From: Eukaryota sp. GEM-RC1
Lineage: Eukaryota
NCBI GenBank assembly: GCA_040285855.1
Contig: JAUFOQ010000004.1
Span: 2,046,001-2,110,000, forward strand
Direction of reading: 5' to 3'
DNA length: 64,000 nt
Made by a program: the position numbers and the translations under genes. The notes beneath the pieces were generated by a model, which made no database searches, was not told the origin of the DNA, and saw nothing but the letters and a program-made list of their open reading frames with translations. Every line of letters starts with the position of its first letter. Within the stretch, counting starts at the first letter, position 1. Positions 11,698 through 23,969 of the stretch are shown in pieces.

Positions 11698-13193
11698 TTA
11701 GAAACGCATTCTATTCTTGTGTAGTGATTTTAATGACTGTTGTGTTTGACTGTTGATTGAGTTGTTAGATAGATAGATCACAGTAACAGACGAATTCAAC
11801 TTTAAAGCTTCAGCAATTGCAGTAGCGCCTTCATTACCAATTGAGTTGTTATGTAGATAGATCACAGTAACAGACGAATTCAACTTTAAAGCTTCAGCAA
11901 TTGCAGTAGCGCCTTCATTACCAATTGAGTTGCTAGATAGATCGATCCTACTAACAGACGAATTCACCTTTAAAGCTTCAGCAATTGCAATAGCGCCTTC
12001 AGGACCAATTGAGTTGTTATGTAGATAAATCTGAGAAACAGACGAATTCACCTTTAAAGCTTCAGCAATTGCAATAGCGCCTTCAGGACCAATTGAGTTG
12101 TTATGTAGATAAATCTGAGAAACAGACGAATTCACCTTTAAAGCTTCAGCAATTGCAATAGCGCCTTCAGGACCAATTGAGTTGTTATGTAGATAAATCT
12201 GAGAAACAGACGAATTCACCTTTAAAGCTTCAGCAATTGCAATAGCGCCTTCATTACCAATTGAGTTGTTATGTAGATAGATATCAGAAACAGACGAATT
12301 CAGCTTTAAAGCTTCAGCAATTGCAATAGCGCCTTCAGGACCAATTGAGTTGTTAGATAGATAGATCACAGTAACAGACGAATTCAACTTTAAAGCTTCA
12401 GCAATTGCAGTAGCGCCTTCATTACCAATTGAGTTGTTATGTAGATAGATATCAGAAACAGACGAATTCAGCTTTAAAGCTTCAGCAATTGCAATAGCGC
12501 CTTCAGGACCAATTGAGTTGTTATGTAGATAGATATCAGAAACAGACGAATTCAGCTTTAAAGCTTCAGCAATTGCAATAGCGCCTTCAGGACCAATTGA
12601 GTTGTTAGATAGATAGATCACAGTAACAGACGAATTCAACTTTAAAGCTTCAGCAATTGCAATAGCGCCTTCAGGACCAATTGAGTTGTTATGTAGATAG
12701 ATATCAGAAACAGACGAATTCAGCTTTAAAGCTTCAGCAATTGCAATAGCGCCTTCATTACCAATTGAGTTGTTAGATAGATAGATCACAGTAACAGACG
12801 AATTCAACTTTAAAGCTTCAGCAATTGCAGTAGCGCCTTCATTACCAATTGAGTTGTTATGTAGACCGATCGCAGAAACCTCATTTCTCACCATCTGATC
12901 ATAACAGTTCTTCAGCTCAGAGCTCAGCTTTCTCCAATCAATAACAAGTTTCTTCTCTTCAACTTGCTGGACAGGAGACACACTTTCAGCAGACTTGATT
13001 GGTAAAACAAAGGAATCATCTTGAGACCCAACTGAAGCAACACTGGATTCAGAATCCACAGACAGAGAGGTTAAACGACGGGAAGCAGCAGAGTAGACTG
13101 ACAAAAGTTCTTCATTTAGGGAGGAGATGATGGAGGACTGGTGTTGAAGATGGGTGGAAGTAGTTGTAATGAATTGTTCATTAATCTTTGGTT
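11698..13193 (-). pseudogene. 5'-truncated LRR cassette, 14 strands (A-type N-terminus, B-type C-terminus)
   Basis: Common junction; open frame; linker VGSQDDSFV as in gene A, terminus KNRMRF as in gene B. Confidence 0.85.
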
Positions 13194-14196
13194 GGAAAAT
13201 ACAGTTTCAGTATTAAGGTTATGAGGTTTTCTGGACCTTAAAATCTCACGTTTTTCAACAGGCTTTCTACATTTACGATTTTTGTTTTCCAGCAGGTTTA
13301 CAGAATACATATTCATACTCATTACAGTGTAGCTTAGTGAGTGCTAGATAAGTTACTCTATTAAAGATGTACAAAGATCGGTTCTGTGTGTTGAGACAAA
13401 TACAAAACAAGATGTGACCTTTAATTAAAGACCATTCACAATCTACGAACAACCAAATTCTAACCAGTTGTTAGCACCAAGTGATATATCTAAATACTTT
13501 TTCCAGTTTTCATTGTGGAACTTCTGAACAAATTCTAAACACAAAGTTTTTAACAATACAAATTCTTAATTTCGTCAACTGTAAACTTCCCCATAAAGAA
13601 ACCGTGGAAGCAAAACTTTGATATTGTGGTGTGTTCGTGTTATAACTCCGCCATTTGATTGTCTCCTGCTGACTGCAAACTATTTTGGCAATTCTTTGTC
13701 TATAACTAACAGGTTTATTATGCACATGGCAATGAGTACATATAAAAACACATGTAAAATTATCATTGAAAACAAACAAAGCATCATTTAGTTACATTGA
13801 ATCTTTCAAAAACTTGTTCTTGAGCGAAAATACAATCGTGTTAATTATGAGTCAAAATGTTGATGATTCCAAGAGTGTAAACATTCGAAATAATGTAGCA
13901 TTATTTCAGAAACTAATTACTATCTGGTGTTTTTGACAACAATAGTAAATGAACTACTGAACACGATGTGTCTATTCGCCAGAGTAGTCTTGTATCTGAA
14001 AATCTGCTAAGCAGTTTTGGTATTGGTTTCTTTGTGGGTCACTTTGGAGTTGTATTTGAGATAATGATTGCTCTGACCTAAACGATATTTGAAGTGTAAT
14101 ACATTCATTCTTTGATGGCTGATGATGATGGTGCTCTTGATAAGAAATCATTTATGATTTTTGAGTAATGTGATTTTATGTCCAAGGAAAATATCT

Positions 14197-15104
14197 TTAG
14201 AAATAAATTCCATTCTTGTGTAGTGATTTTAATGACTGTTGTGTTTGACTGTCGATTGAGTTGTTAGATAGATCGATCCTACTAACAGACGAATTCACCT
14301 TTAAAGCTTCAGCAATTGCAATAGCGCCTTCATTACCAATTGAGTTGTTAGATAGATTGATCACAGTAACAGACGAATTCAACTTTAAAGCTTCAGCAAT
14401 TGCAATAGCGCCTTCATTACCAATTGAGTTGTTAGATAGATTGATCACAGTAACAGACGAATTCACCTTTAAAGCTTCAGCAATTGCAATAGCGCCTTCA
14501 TTACCAATTGAGTTGTTACCTAGATAGATCCTAGTAACAGACGAATTCACCTTTAAAGCTTCAGCAATTGCAATAGCGCCTTCAGGACCAATTGAGTTGT
14601 TATGTAGATAAATCTGAGAAACAGACGAATTCACCTTTAAAGCTTCAGCAATTGCAATAGCGCCTTCATTGCCAATTGAGTTGTTACCTAGATCGATCCT
14701 ACTAACAGACGAATTCACCGTTAAAGCTTCTGCAATTGCAATAGCGCCTTCAGGACCAATTGAGTTGTTAGATAGACCGATCGCAGAAACCTCATTTCTC
14801 ACCATCTGATCATAACAGTTCTTCAGCTCAGAGCTCAGCTTTCTCCAATCAATAACAAGTTTCTTCTCTTCAACTTGCTGGACAGGAGACACACTTTCAG
14901 CAGACTTGATTGGTAAAACAAAGGAATCATCTTGAGACCCAACTGAAGCAACACTGGATTCAGAATCCACAGACAGAGAGGTTAAACGACGGGAAGCAGC
15001 AGAGTAGACTGACAAAAGTTCTTCATTTAGGGAGGAGATGATGGAGGACTGGTGTTGAAGATGGGTGGAAGTAGTTGTAATGAATTGTTCGTTAATCTTT
15101 GGTT
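14197..15104 (-). pseudogene. 5'-truncated LRR cassette, 7 strands
   Basis: Common junction; open frame. Confidence 0.85.
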
Positions 15105-16107
15105 GGAAAATACAGTTTGAGTATTAAGGTTATGAGGTTTTTCGGACCTTAAAATCTCACGTTTTTCAACAGGCTTTCTACATTTACGATTTTCGTTTTC
15201 CAGCTGGTTTACAGAATACATATTCATACTCATTACAGTGTAGCTTAGTGAGTGCTAGATAAGTTACTCTATTAAAGATGTACAAAGATCGGTTCTGTGT
15301 GTTGAGACAAATACAAAACAAGATGTGACCTTTAATTAAAGACCATTCACAATCTACGAACAACCAAATTCTAACCAGTTGTTAGCACCAAGTGATATAT
15401 CTAAATACTTTTTCCAGTTTTCATTGTGGAACTTCTGAACAAATTCTAAACACAAAGTTTTTAACAATACAAATTCTTAATTTCGTCAACTGTAAACTTC
15501 CCCATAAAGAAACCGTGGAAGCAAAACTTTGATATTGTGGTGTGTTCGTGTTATAACTCCGCCATTTGATTGTCTCCTGCTGACTGCAAACTATTTTGGC
15601 AATTCTTTGTCTATAACTAACAGGTTTATTATGCACATGGCAATGAGTACATATAAAAACACATGTAAAATTATCATTGAAAACAAACAAAGCATCATTT
15701 AGTTACATTGAATCTTTCAAAAACTTGTTCTTGAGCGAAAATACAATCGTGTTAATTATGAGTCAAAATGTTGATGATTCCAAGAGTGTAAACATTCGAA
15801 ATAATGTAGCATTATTTCAGAAACTAATTACTATCTGGTGTTTTTGACAACAATAGTAAATGAACTACTGAACACGATGTGTCTATTCGCCAGAGTAGTC
15901 TTGTATCTGAAAATCTGCTAAGCAGTTTTGGTATTGGTTTCTTTGTGGGTCACTTTGGAGTTGTATTTGAGATAATGATTGCTCTGACCTAAACGATATT
16001 TGAAGTGTAATACATTCATTCTTTGATGGCTGATGATGATGGTGCTCTTGATAAGAAATCATTTATGATTTTTGAGTAATGTGATTTTATGTCCAAGGAA
16101 AATATCT

Positions 16108-17351
16108 TTAGAAATAAATTCTATTCTTGTGTAGTGTTTTTAATGACTGTTGTGTTTGACTGTCGATTGAGTTGTTACCTAGATAGATCTCAGTTACAGA
16201 CGAATTCAACTTTAAAGCTTCAGCAATTGCAATAGCGCCTTCATTACCAATTGAGTTGTTATATAGATTGATCACAGTAACAGACGAATTCAACTTTAAA
16301 GCTTCAGCAATTGCAATGACGCCTTCATTACCAATTGAGTTGTTATGTAGATCGATCCTACTAACAGACGAATTCACCTTTAAAGCTTCAGCAATTGCAA
16401 TAGCGCCTTCATTACCAATTGAGTTGTTATATAGATTGATCACAGTAACAGACGAATTCACCTTTAAAGCTTCAGCAATTGCAATAGCGCCTTCATTACC
16501 AATTGAGTTGTTATATAGATTGATCACAGTAACAGACGAATTCACCTTTAAAGCTTCAGCAATTGCAATAGCGCCTTCAGGACCAATTGAGTTGTTATAT
16601 AGATTGATCACAGTAACAGACGAATTCACCTTTAAAGCTTCAGCAATTGCAATAGCGCCTTCAGGACCAATTGAGTTGTTATATAGATTGATCACAGTAA
16701 CAGACGAATTCAACTTTAAAGCTTCAGCAATTGCAATAGCGCCTTCAGGACCAATTGAGTTGTTATGTAGATAAATCTGAGAAACAGACGAATTCACCTT
16801 TAAAGCTTCAGCAATTGCAATAGCGCCTTCATTACCAATTGAGTTGTTATATAGATCGATCCTACTAACAGACGAATTCACCTTTAAAGCTTCAGCAATT
16901 GCAATAGCGCCTTCATTACCAATTGAGTTGTTATATAGATTGATCACAGTAACAGACGAATTCAGCTTTAAAGCTTCTGCAATTGCAATAGCGCCTTCAG
17001 GACCAATTGAGTTGTTATCTAGACCGATCGCAGAAACCTCATTTCTCACCATCTGATCATAACAGTTCTTCAGCTCAGAGCTCAGCTTTCTCCAATCAAT
17101 AACAAGTTTCTTCTCTTCAACTTGCTGGACAGGAGACACACTTTCAGCAGACTTGATTGGTAAAACAAAGGAATCATCTTGAGACCCAACTGAAGCAACA
17201 CTGGATTCAGAATCCACAGACAGAGAGGTTAAACGACGGGAAGCAGCAGAGTAGACTGACAAAAGTTCTTCATTTAGGGAGGAGATGATGGAGGATTGGT
17301 GTTGAAGATGGGTGGAAGTAGTTGTAATGAATTGTTCGTTAATCTTTGGTT
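16108..17351 (-). pseudogene. 5'-truncated LRR cassette, 11 strands
   Basis: Common junction; open frame; translation identical to the cassette at 20183. Confidence 0.85.
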
Positions 17352-18354
17352 GGAAAATACAGTTTGAGTATTAAGGTTATGAGGTTTTTCGGACCTTAAA
17401 ATCTCACGTTTTTCAACAGGCTTTCTACATTTACGATTTTCGTTTTCCAGCTGGTTTACAGAATACATATTCATACTCATTACAGTGTAGCTTAGTGAGT
17501 GCTAGATAAGTTACTCTATTAAAGATGTACAAAGATCGGTTCTGTGTGTTGAGACAAATACAAAACAAGATGTGACCTTTAATTAAAGACCATTCACAAT
17601 CTACGAACAACCAAATTCTAACCAGTTGTTAGCACCAAGTGATATATCTAAATACTTTTTCCAGTTTTCATTGTGGAACTTCTGAACAAATTCTAAACAC
17701 AAAGTTTTTAACAATACAAATTCTTAATTTCGTCAACTGTAAACTTCCCCATAAAGAAACCGTGGAAGCAAAACTTTGATATTGTGGTGTGTTCGTGTTA
17801 TAACTCCGCCATTTGATTGTCTCCTGCTGACTGCAAACTATTTTGGCAATTCTTTGTCTATAACTAACAGGTTTATTATGCACATGGCAATGAGTACATA
17901 TAAAAACACATGTAAAATTATCATTGAAAACAAACAAAGCATCATTTAGTTACATTGAATCTTTCAAAAACTTGTTCTTGAGCGAAAATACAATCGTGTT
18001 AATTATGAGTCAAAATGTTGATGATTCCAAGAGTGTAAACATTCGAAATAATGTAGCATTATTTCAGAAACTAATTACTATCTGGTGTTTTTGACAACAA
18101 TAGTAAATGAACTACTGAACACGATGTGTCTATTCGCCAGAGTAGTCTTGTATCTGAAAATCTGCTAAGCAGTTTTGGTATTGGTTTCTTTGTGGGTCAC
18201 TTTGGAGTTGTATTTGAGATAATGATTGCTCTGACCTAAACGATATTTGAAGTGTAATACATTCATTCTTTGATGGCTGATGATGATGGTGCTCTTGATA
18301 AGAAATCATTTATGATTTTTGAGTAATGTGATTTTATGTCCAAGGAAAATATCT

Positions 18355-19178
18355 TTAGAAATAAATTCTATTCTTGTGTAGTGATTTTAATGACTGTTGT
18401 GTTTGACTGTCGATTGAGTTGTTATGTAGATAAATCTGAGAAACAGACGAATTCAACTTTAAAGCTTCAGCAATTGCGATAGCGCCTTCATTACCAATTG
18501 AGTTGTTATGTAGATAAATCTGAGAAACAGACGAATTCAACTTTAAAGCTTCAGCAATTGCAATAGCGCCTTCAGGACCAATTGAGTTGTTACCTAGATA
18601 GATCCTAGTAACAGACGAATTCAGCTTTAAAGCTTCTGCAATTGCAATAGCGCCTTCAGGACCAATTGAGTTGTTATGTAGATAAATCTGAGAAACAGAC
18701 GAATTCACCTTTAAAGCTTCAGCAATTGCAATAGCGCCTTCATTGCCAATTGAGTTGTTACCTAGATCGATCCTACTAACAGACGAATTCACCGTTAAAG
18801 CTTCTGCAATTGCAATAGCGCCTTCAGGACCAATTGAGTTGTTAGATAGACCGATCGCAGAAACCTCATTTCTCACCATCTGATCATAACAGTTCTTCAG
18901 CTCAGAGCTCAGCTTTCTCCAATCAATAACAAGTTTCTTCTCTTCAACTTGCTGGACAGGAGACACACTTTCAGCAGACTTGATTGGTAAAACAAAGGAA
19001 TCATCTTGAGACCCAACTGAAGCAACACTGGATTCAGAATCCACAGACAGAGAGGTTAAACGACGGGAAGCAGCAGAGTAGACTGACAAAAGTTCTTCAT
19101 TTAGGGAGGAGATGATGGAGGACTGGTGTTGAAGATGGGTGGAAGTAGTTGTAATGAATTGTTCGTTAATCTTTGGTT
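18355..19178 (-). pseudogene. 5'-truncated LRR cassette, 6 strands (chimeric)
   Basis: First three strands match the cassette at 14197; last three match gene A. Confidence 0.85.
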
Positions 19179-20182
19179 GGAAAATACAGTTTGAGTATTA
19201 AGGTTATGAGGTTTTTCGGACCTTAAAATCTCACGTTTTTCAACAGGCTTTCTACATTTACGATTTTCGTTTTCCAGCTGGTTTACAGAATACATATTCA
19301 TACTCATTACAGTGTAGCTTAGTGAGTGCTAGATAAGTTACTCTATTAAAGATGTACAAAGATCGGTTCTGTGTGTTGAGACAAATACAAAACAAGATGT
19401 GACCTTTAATTAAAGACCATTCACAATCTACGAACAACCAAATTCTAACCAGTTGTTAGCACCAAGTGATATATCTAAATACTTTTTTCCAGTTTTCATT
19501 GTGGAACTTCTGAACAAATTCTAAACACAAAGTTTTTAACAATACAAATTCTTAATTTCGTCAACTGTAAACTTCCCCATAAAGAAACCGTGGAAGCAAA
19601 ACTTTGATATTGTGGTGTGTTCGTGTTATAACTCCGCCATTTGATTGTCTCCTGCTGACTGCAAACTATTTTGGCAATTCTTTGTCTATAACTAACAGGT
19701 TTATTATGCACATGGCAATGAGTACATATAAAAACACATGTAAAATTATCATTGAAAACAAACAAAGCATCATTTAGTTACATTGAATCTTTCAAAAACT
19801 TGTTCTTGAGCGAAAATACAATCGTGTTAATTATGAGTCAAAATGTTGATGATTCCAAGAGTGTAAACATTCGAAATAATGTAGCATTATTTCAGAAACT
19901 AATTACTATCTGGTGTTTTTGACAACAATAGTAAATGAACTACTGAACACGATGTGTCTATTCGCCAGAGTAGTCTTGTATCTGAAAATCTGCTAAGCAG
20001 TTTTGGTATTGGTTTCTTTGTGGGTCACTTTGGAGTTGTATTTGAGATAATGATTGCTCTGACCTAAACGATATTTGAAGTGTAATACATTCATTCTTTG
20101 ATGGCTGATGATGATGGTGCTCTTGATAAGAAATCATTTATGATTTTTGAGTAATGTGATTTTATGTCCAAGGAAAATATCT

Positions 20183-21426
20183 TTAGAAATAAATTCTATT
20201 CTTGTGTAGTGTTTTTAATGACTGTTGTGTTTGACTGTCGATTGAGTTGTTACCTAGATAGATCTCAGTTACAGACGAATTCAACTTTAAAGCTTCAGCA
20301 ATTGCAATAGCGCCTTCATTACCAATTGAGTTGTTATATAGATTGATCACAGTAACAGACGAATTCAACTTTAAAGCTTCAGCAATTGCAATGACGCCTT
20401 CATTACCAATTGAGTTGTTATGTAGATCGATCCTACTAACAGACGAATTCACCTTTAAAGCTTCAGCAATTGCAATAGCGCCTTCATTACCAATTGAGTT
20501 GTTATATAGATTGATCACAGTAACAGACGAATTCACCTTTAAAGCTTCAGCAATTGCAATAGCGCCTTCATTACCAATTGAGTTGTTATATAGATTGATC
20601 ACAGTAACAGACGAATTCACCTTTAAAGCTTCAGCAATTGCAATAGCGCCTTCAGGACCAATTGAGTTGTTATATAGATTGATCACAGTAACAGACGAAT
20701 TCACCTTTAAAGCTTCAGCAATTGCAATAGCGCCTTCAGGACCAATTGAGTTGTTATATAGATTGATCACAGTAACAGACGAATTCAACTTTAAAGCTTC
20801 AGCAATTGCAATAGCGCCTTCAGGACCAATTGAGTTGTTATGTAGATAAATCTGAGAAACAGACGAATTCACCTTTAAAGCTTCAGCAATTGCAATAGCG
20901 CCTTCATTACCAATTGAGTTGTTATATAGATCGATCCTACTAACAGACGAATTCACCTTTAAAGCTTCAGCAATTGCAATAGCGCCTTCATTACCAATTG
21001 AGTTGTTATATAGATTGATCACAGTAACAGACGAATTCAGCTTTAAAGCTTCTGCAATTGCAATAGCGCCTTCAGGACCAATTGAGTTGTTATCTAGACC
21101 GATCGCAGAAACCTCATTTCTCACCATCTGATCATAACAGTTCTTCAGCTCAGAGCTCAGCTTTCTCCAATCAATAACAAGTTTCTTCTCTTCAACTTGC
21201 TGGACAGGAGACACACTTTCAGCAGACTTGATTGGTAAAACAAAGGAATCATCTTGAGACCCAACTGAAGCAACACTGGATTCAGAATCCACAGACAGAG
21301 AGGTTAAACGACGGGAAGCAGCAGAGTAGACTGACAAAAGTTCTTCATTTAGGGAGGAGATGATGGAGGATTGGTGTTGAAGATGGGTGGAAGTAGTTGT
21401 AATGAATTGTTCGTTAATCTTTGGTT
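20183..21426 (-). pseudogene. 5'-truncated LRR cassette, 11 strands
   Basis: Common junction; open frame. Confidence 0.85.
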
Positions 21427-22430
21427 GGAAAATACAGTTTGAGTATTAAGGTTATGAGGTTTTTCGGACCTTAAAATCTCACGTTTTTCAACAGGCTTTC
21501 TACATTTACGATTTTCGTTTTCCAGCTGGTTTACAGAATACATATTCATACTCATTACAGTGTAGCTTAGTGAGTGCTAGATAAGTTACTCTATTAAAGA
21601 TGTACAAAGATCGGTTCTGTGTGTTGAGACAAATACAAAACAAGATGTGACCTTTAATTAAAGACCATTCACAATCTACGAACAACCAAATTCTAACCAG
21701 TTGTTAGCACCAAGTGATATATCTAAATACTTTTTTCCAGTTTTCATTGTGGAACTTCTGAACAAATTCTAAACACAAAGTTTTTAACAATACAAATTCT
21801 TAATTTCGTCAACTGTAAACTTCCCCATAAAGAAACCGTGGAAGCAAAACTTTGATATTGTGGTGTGTTCGTGTTATAACTCCGCCATTTGATTGTCTCC
21901 TGCTGACTGCAAACTATTTTGGCAATTCTTTGTCTATAACTAACAGGTTTATTATGCACATGGCAATGAGTACATATAAAAACACATGTAAAATTATCAT
22001 TGAAAACAAACAAAGCATCATTTAGTTACATTGAATCTTTCAAAAACTTGTTCTTGAGCGAAAATACAATCGTGTTAATTATGAGTCAAAATGTTGATGA
22101 TTCCAAGAGTGTAAACATTCGAAATAATGTAGCATTATTTCAGAAACTAATTACTATCTGGTGTTTTTGACAACAATAGTAAATGAACTACTGAACACGA
22201 TGTGTCTATTCGCCAGAGTAGTCTTGTATCTGAAAATCTGCTAAGCAGTTTTGGTATTGGTTTCTTTGTGGGTCACTTTGGAGTTGTATTTGAGATAATG
22301 ATTGCTCTGACCTAAACGATATTTGAAGTGTAATACATTCATTCTTTGATGGCTGATGATGATGGTGCTCTTGATAAGAAATCATTTATGATTTTTGAGT
22401 AATGTGATTTTATGTCCAAGGAAAATATCT

Positions 22431-23969
22431 TTAGAAATAAATTCTATTCTTGTGTAGTGATTTTAATGACTGTTGTGTTTGACTGTCGATTGAGTTGTTA
22501 TGTAGATAAATCTGAGAAACAGACGAATTCAACTTTAAAGCTTCAGCAATTGCGATAGCGCCTTCATTACCAATTGAGTTGTTATGTAGATAAATCTGAG
22601 AAACAGACGAATTCAACTTTAAAGCTTCAGCAATTGCAATAGCGCCTTCAGGACCAATTGAGTTGTTACCTAGATAGATCCTAGTAACAGACGAATTCAG
22701 CTTTAAAGCTTCTGCAATTGCAATAGCGCCTTCAGGACCAATTGAGTTGTTACCTAGATAGATCCTAGTAACAGACGAATTCAGCTTTAAAGCTTCTGCA
22801 ATTGCAATAGCGCCTTCAGGACCAATTGAGTTGTTCTCTAGATAGATCTCAGTAACAGAAGAATTCACCTTTAAAGCTTCAGCAATTGCAATAGCGCCTT
22901 CAGGACCAATTGAGTTGTTAGATAGACCGATCGCAGAAACCTCATTTCTCACCATCTGATCATAACAGTTCTTCAGCTCGGAGCTCAGCTTTCTCCAATC
23001 AATAACAAGTTTCTTCTCTTCAACTTGCTGGACAGGAGACACACTTTCAGCAGACTTGATTGGTAAAACAAAGGAATCATCTTGAGACCCAACTGAAGCA
23101 ACACTGGATTCAGAATCCACAGACAGAGAGGTTAAACGACGGGAAGCAGCAGAGTAGACTGACAAAAGTTCTTCATTTAGGGAGGAGATGATGGAGGACT
23201 GGTGTTGAAGATGGGTGGAAGTAGTTGTAATGAATTGTTCGTTAATCTTTGGTTTAAAGACTACGGGTTTTCCTGTCTTCAAGTCATTCATAATAGCACA
23301 AGAATCCAGCATAGTTTCTTCCAGTAGCAAAGTTAGGCTCTCTTTAATTCGGGTAAATCCAGTCGTTGCTTGCTGTAGTGCATATTCAGCTGATTGTGTA
23401 ACCTTTTCAATAGCCACAGACAACTCCTGATTGATAGAGTTTATATTCTGTTCAACGGAGGCTCGACCTTCATCAAAGGGAAGCAACTTCTTCTTGTGCT
23501 GGTCATGATCACCAAGGATAGCACACGTTGAGCATAGGGCAACAGAACAAGAAGTACAGAAGAGGTCAAAGGATTTGGAAGCATGTATCGGACATTTAGG
23601 CACAATGGATGCGTGTTTCTTTTGCAGGGGAATAGCAACATGGGATCGGAAGAGTTTCGGTCGATGAGTATCCTTAAAGCATTGGTCGCATAAATCGGCA
23701 TTACATTCAGCACAATAACAAGTCGCAGCAGCTTTATCACACTCAAAACAAACAGATTCCCCCTGTCCAGCAACGAAAGCTTCAATGGCCTCCTTCAACT
23801 TGTAGTTAGGACAGAGCCTTGACTTGTCCACCTCAGCTCGGCAGATCGGACACCCATCATGAGAAACAAGCCACTCCTGTAAATCCGACATACAAAAGGT
23901 GTGACCACACCAAGTAGTTACCGGATTCTTGAGGATTTCATGACAAATGTCACAGAGGTAGTGAGACAT
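22431..23969 (-). CDS. Intact RING/B-box1/B-box2/coiled-coil/LRR (TRIM-like E3 ligase) gene A, 512 aa, 6 LRR strands
   Basis: ATG at 23969. RING CDICH-CGHTFCMSD-CPICR, B-box CFEC..CAEC..LCDQC..H..H, B-box CPIH..FCTSC..LCSTC..H..H, helical segment, Ser-rich linker, 28-residue ribonuclease-inhibitor-type LRRs. Confidence 0.93.
   Translation of the reverse strand: MSHYLCDICHEILKNPVTTWCGHTFCMSDLQEWLVSHDGCPICRAEVDKSRLCPNYKLKEAIEAFVAGQGESVCFECDKAAATCYCAECNADLCDQCFKDTHRPKLFRSHVAIPLQKKHASIVPKCPIHASKSFDLFCTSCSVALCSTCAILGDHDQHKKKLLPFDEGRASVEQNINSINQELSVAIEKVTQSAEYALQQATTGFTRIKESLTLLLEETMLDSCAIMNDLKTGKPVVFKPKINEQFITTTSTHLQHQSSIISSLNEELLSVYSAASRRLTSLSVDSESSVASVGSQDDSFVLPIKSAESVSPVQQVEEKKLVIDWRKLSSELKNCYDQMVRNEVSAIGLSNNSIGPEGAIAIAEALKVNSSVTEIYLENNSIGPEGAIAIAEALKLNSSVTRIYLGNNSIGPEGAIAIAEALKLNSSVTRIYLGNNSIGPEGAIAIAEALKLNSSVSQIYLHNNSIGNEGAIAIAEALKLNSSVSQIYLHNNSIDSQTQQSLKSLHKNRIYF

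Noticed and set aside
11760..12870. CRISPR-like look of constant ~63 nt plus variable ~21 nt units
   Set aside because: The period is exactly 84 nt in an open LRR frame, the 'spacers' are related to one another, there are no cas genes and the context is eukaryotic.
16256..16774. Plus-strand repetitive ORFs (ITVTDEFTFKASAIAIAPS...)
   Set aside because: Antisense shadows of the LRR repeats.
7623..23254. Diversity-generating retroelement (adenine-specific mutagenesis)
   Set aside because: AAC/AAT codons in the scaffold are almost invariant, variation is not adenine-restricted, and the only RT in the window is a non-LTR retrotransposon fragment.
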